Shown here: piece by piece, positions 61,173 through 64,000 of the stretch | Layout of the letters: the number at the start of each line of letters is the position of its first letter | Numbering within the stretch: position 1 is the stretch's first letter | Origin: Raillietiella orientalis | Taxonomy: Eukaryota | Direction of reading: 5' to 3' | DNA: 64,000 nucleotides | Assembly (NCBI GenBank): GCA_036172245.1 | Contig: JAYWIR010000010.1 | Coordinates: 1,426,001 to 1,490,000, forward strand | Position numbers and translations under genes: made by a program | Notes under the pieces: generated by a model | Told to the model about the DNA's origin: nothing | The model's input: the letters and a program-made list of their open reading frames with translations, nothing else | The model's database searches: none

Positions 61173-62249
61173 TGTTTACCAATGAAGAAAAAAAGCACAC
61201 TTGGTTTACAAACGTTTAAAATGTTCCAAAGCACAAAAATATAGTGTCATGCAAATCGAAGAAATATTCAAACGAGTGACCCACGGATACTTGGGTCAGT
61301 ACGTCCAATAAAACGGTTATTTGTCAAAGAAATATCGAATCGAAATTACGTAATTATCTCATTGGGTTTCGGAGATAAGATTTCTGCAAAACATGGTAGA
61401 GATGGATAAAGTAGTTGTATCGATCAAATTTCATAGCGTGCAATGTAAAATATGAACCACGACATACTCATCGGTATAAAGCCAATGAACTCTATGCGAA
61501 AAAAAAAAAAAATCCTATTCACGCACCTCAAATATATTCATTTAATGCACTCTATCTCTTTGTTCGACAATTCAGCACTACTTTAAGGATCAAAATTACA
61601 GCTGGAATCCCGTGTCCAGTATTCTTTCTAGAACGTACCTTCTCCAAAGGCCGATTCGATATGTAAGTCAACATTTCTGCACTTGTACGCAGCAGGCAAT
61701 TTCTATTCTAGCTCGCAGCCAAATTCAATATCCCAACTTTACATGTCTACCTGCGTGGGGGTGTGCCATCGGGGGAACCTCACTTCCTTCAGGCTCGTAC
61801 CCTTAAGATTTTCGTGTTAGCAAGGAGGGGTCAGGCGCAGGGAGGATAAAAATGTGATCAGCCCCTTTCAGAATACGCCCACCGGCATGTTCGCAAATAC
61901 CTCTTAAGTCACGACTGGTCAAAATATTTGGGTGCGTGTAATCGGCGTCTGATTAACTATGGGAACACGTCCTCACTCTTTCACAAATTCATGGAATTAC
62001 ATTCATTCCGCCTGGCACGGATTATGTACTCATCTACTGCTACGCATCTGAAACACGATCTGATGATCATTACGTACACGAGCGATCCCCAGAAACACTT
62101 TTGCCGATGCGAGTCGAAAGGAACCACCGAATCACGAAACACCGTCTTTCCCCTGGTGGCTTATCAGGCTCGGGCAGAACTCCCGACCCGTCTTAGATCA
62201 GTCTAGGAAGCCGAGTTCGGTAAGATGGCGTCAGCACGGTGGAAAAAAC

Positions 62250-62560
62250 GGATTCACCAGCCGAGCTGCGAAACGAGTTTGGCAAGAGCATGGCGTTTGG
62301 CATGCACCATTCGAAGGCTTACCTTGGGTATCCGTATTTAAAATACTTCTGAGCCTCTGAGCACAAGGTGTTCTCCTGGTATGATTCGCAGAAACCTTCA
62401 TGAGGATGAACTGTGCAGCCTCACATCCCTCGTTCCGTGAAAACGAACCTCTGTGTACGACGGCTTGGAAGCTCTGCAAGGATTAATGCACCACAAGATT
62501 AGGATAGTGCAGCTTCCGTGAGGTCTTAAATCCCTTAAGCTGATTAGTCCCTATGGACTA
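62250..62560 (-). mobile_element. Decayed non-LTR RT relic (R2-group-like)
   Basis: RGSFSRNEGCEAAQFIL resembles the RT QxGFxxxxGCxExxFxL motif. Nothing else recognised. Confidence 0.25.
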
Positions 62561-63786
62561 CCTAGCCACGGTTTCGCATCCTCTGCATCTGTTAGCAAGG
62601 ACGCCAAAGATTCGAAATGCACCCTTTTCTGTGGATCTGACACACTTAGCAATCGGGCTTTAAACTGACAAACTCATGCATGGTTTCAAGAAGTTCAAGG
62701 AGTCGATCACTTGCTGCTGAGAATTCTGCAATTCGTATCCTTGATTTTGAGATGACCGGCATGTACACGTCACAGTTCTTTAAACAGACTGAATAGAAGC
62801 TTGCGAATCTGTACAGGAAAGGGAAAAGGACAAAAGGAAAAACGCAACATAAATCAAGCACGCACATAGAAAAAAGAAAAAAGAAAAAAAAAAAATGGCA
62901 TCAGTTTCCTTTATTGAAACATATTCTCATTTGGAATCTGAAGTATAAAAGGAATATTTCTTTACACATTGAGAGTTTGAGTTTTCGCGATCCTCAGCAA
63001 ACGAAGCCAACATCTTTACGTCATCTTCAGATACTTCAAAAAAATGAGAATTTTCTGAAAAGTCTCGGATCACGTGATTTTAGTTGCAGGGTATCCAAAA
63101 ACAAAGGCGAATAATTGCAAACCGTTGCTCGATAGAACAACCAAAGGAAATTTTTTTCCATGAAAAATAAAATACCTCCGAAAAGGCCCATAACGGCAAC
63201 ACTGTTTTAGAGACATCAGGAGAGCCCCAAGATCGGAAGTTCAACAGTGCCGTAAGGAATACCCTATTTTGCGAGGAAAGCGATACAAACCATGCAAAGA
63301 CATTCTATAAAGATCTGTAAAGGCTGTTGGGAATCCCACCCCTACAAACAGAATAAGGCAACAAACTCCTGGAACAACTCTCCCAATCATTAGTCATCAA
63401 AGTTCATGGATTCAGGGTGTCATCCATGCGTTACTGTTCTCACTTTGAAGAAACTGCCTATTTTCAATTTTGAGGCGATGATATTTGAGCAAACAGCAGA
63501 TGATTGGGGAAATAGTGAACTTCTCGAGGAATCGGGCGGAAAGTAACGGAAAGTGTTCGGCACCGCAAATTTGCCTGCTGGAAACAATGAGTGTGATGTG
63601 ATGACCTCAGCAAACTGAGCTAGGTCGAAGGTCAACACTGCTACCTATGAAGCCATATTGGGTGTTCTTCAAACGTTTTTATGCACGGCTCTCATGCCCT
63701 CTTTAGAGGAAGAGCCAACTTGCCAGTTCTTCATCTCCCAAAATGGAAAATTTATTATTTCTGATTTAGACAAACCGATTTAGCCT

Positions 63787-63823
63787 TGATATCACATGAA
63801 GCATAATGCTTCATGTGATATCA
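63787..63823. repeat. Perfect 18-bp-arm palindrome with 1-nt spacer
   Basis: tgatatcacatgaagcat-a-atgcttcatgtgatatca. Confidence 0.95.
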
Positions 63824-64000
63824 TAATGCTTCCTGAGCGATATTTCATCTTTTTCGTTTATGAGAAAATCGCATACCTCGTGAAATCTGTGCAGCATTTT
63901 CGATGAATAAAACACATTTTGCCTAACAAATATATACAAAGAAGATGCTTAGTTTGTGCATGATAGTCAATTTGGGAACAGACGTGCCTAGTTTCGCATA

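Noticed and set aside
59611..61806. Scattered short + strand ORFs and exon-like segments
   Set aside because: I could not join them in phase or recognise any domain.

Overview
Eukaryotic (metazoan, most likely arthropod/ecdysozoan) genomic DNA with spliced genes and many very short introns (38-58 nt). I reconstructed seven genes by hand from splice sites, reading-frame phase and recognisable protein motifs: the nuclear receptor tailless/NR2E1 (-, runs off the left edge), CCDC61 (+), delta-COP/ARCN1 (+), LANCL3-like (+), a compact FLASH/CASP8AP2 homologue (-), TMEM50 (+) and a compact CEP164-like WW protein (-). Between them lie decayed retroelements: two R2-group (Utopia/NeSL-like) LINEs, two L1/Tx1-type 3' ends (one with a 17-bp TSD, one nested in a Utopia-like copy) and weaker RT and BEL-like relics. 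The most notable observations are a U2 snRNA 5' fragment just upstream of a 5'-truncated Utopia-like element, two tail-to-tail gene pairs (stops 4 bp apart; CDSs overlapping by 53 bp), miniature FLASH and CEP164 proteins, a stop-generating NAGNAG acceptor in FLASH, a 19-nt micro-exon splitting the tailless P-box, two GC-AG introns in CCDC61, and an AT-rich intronless ankyrin relic that may be endosymbiont-derived. All homology calls come from motif recognition from memory, not database searches. Most ORFs in the supplied track are spurious shadow ORFs.
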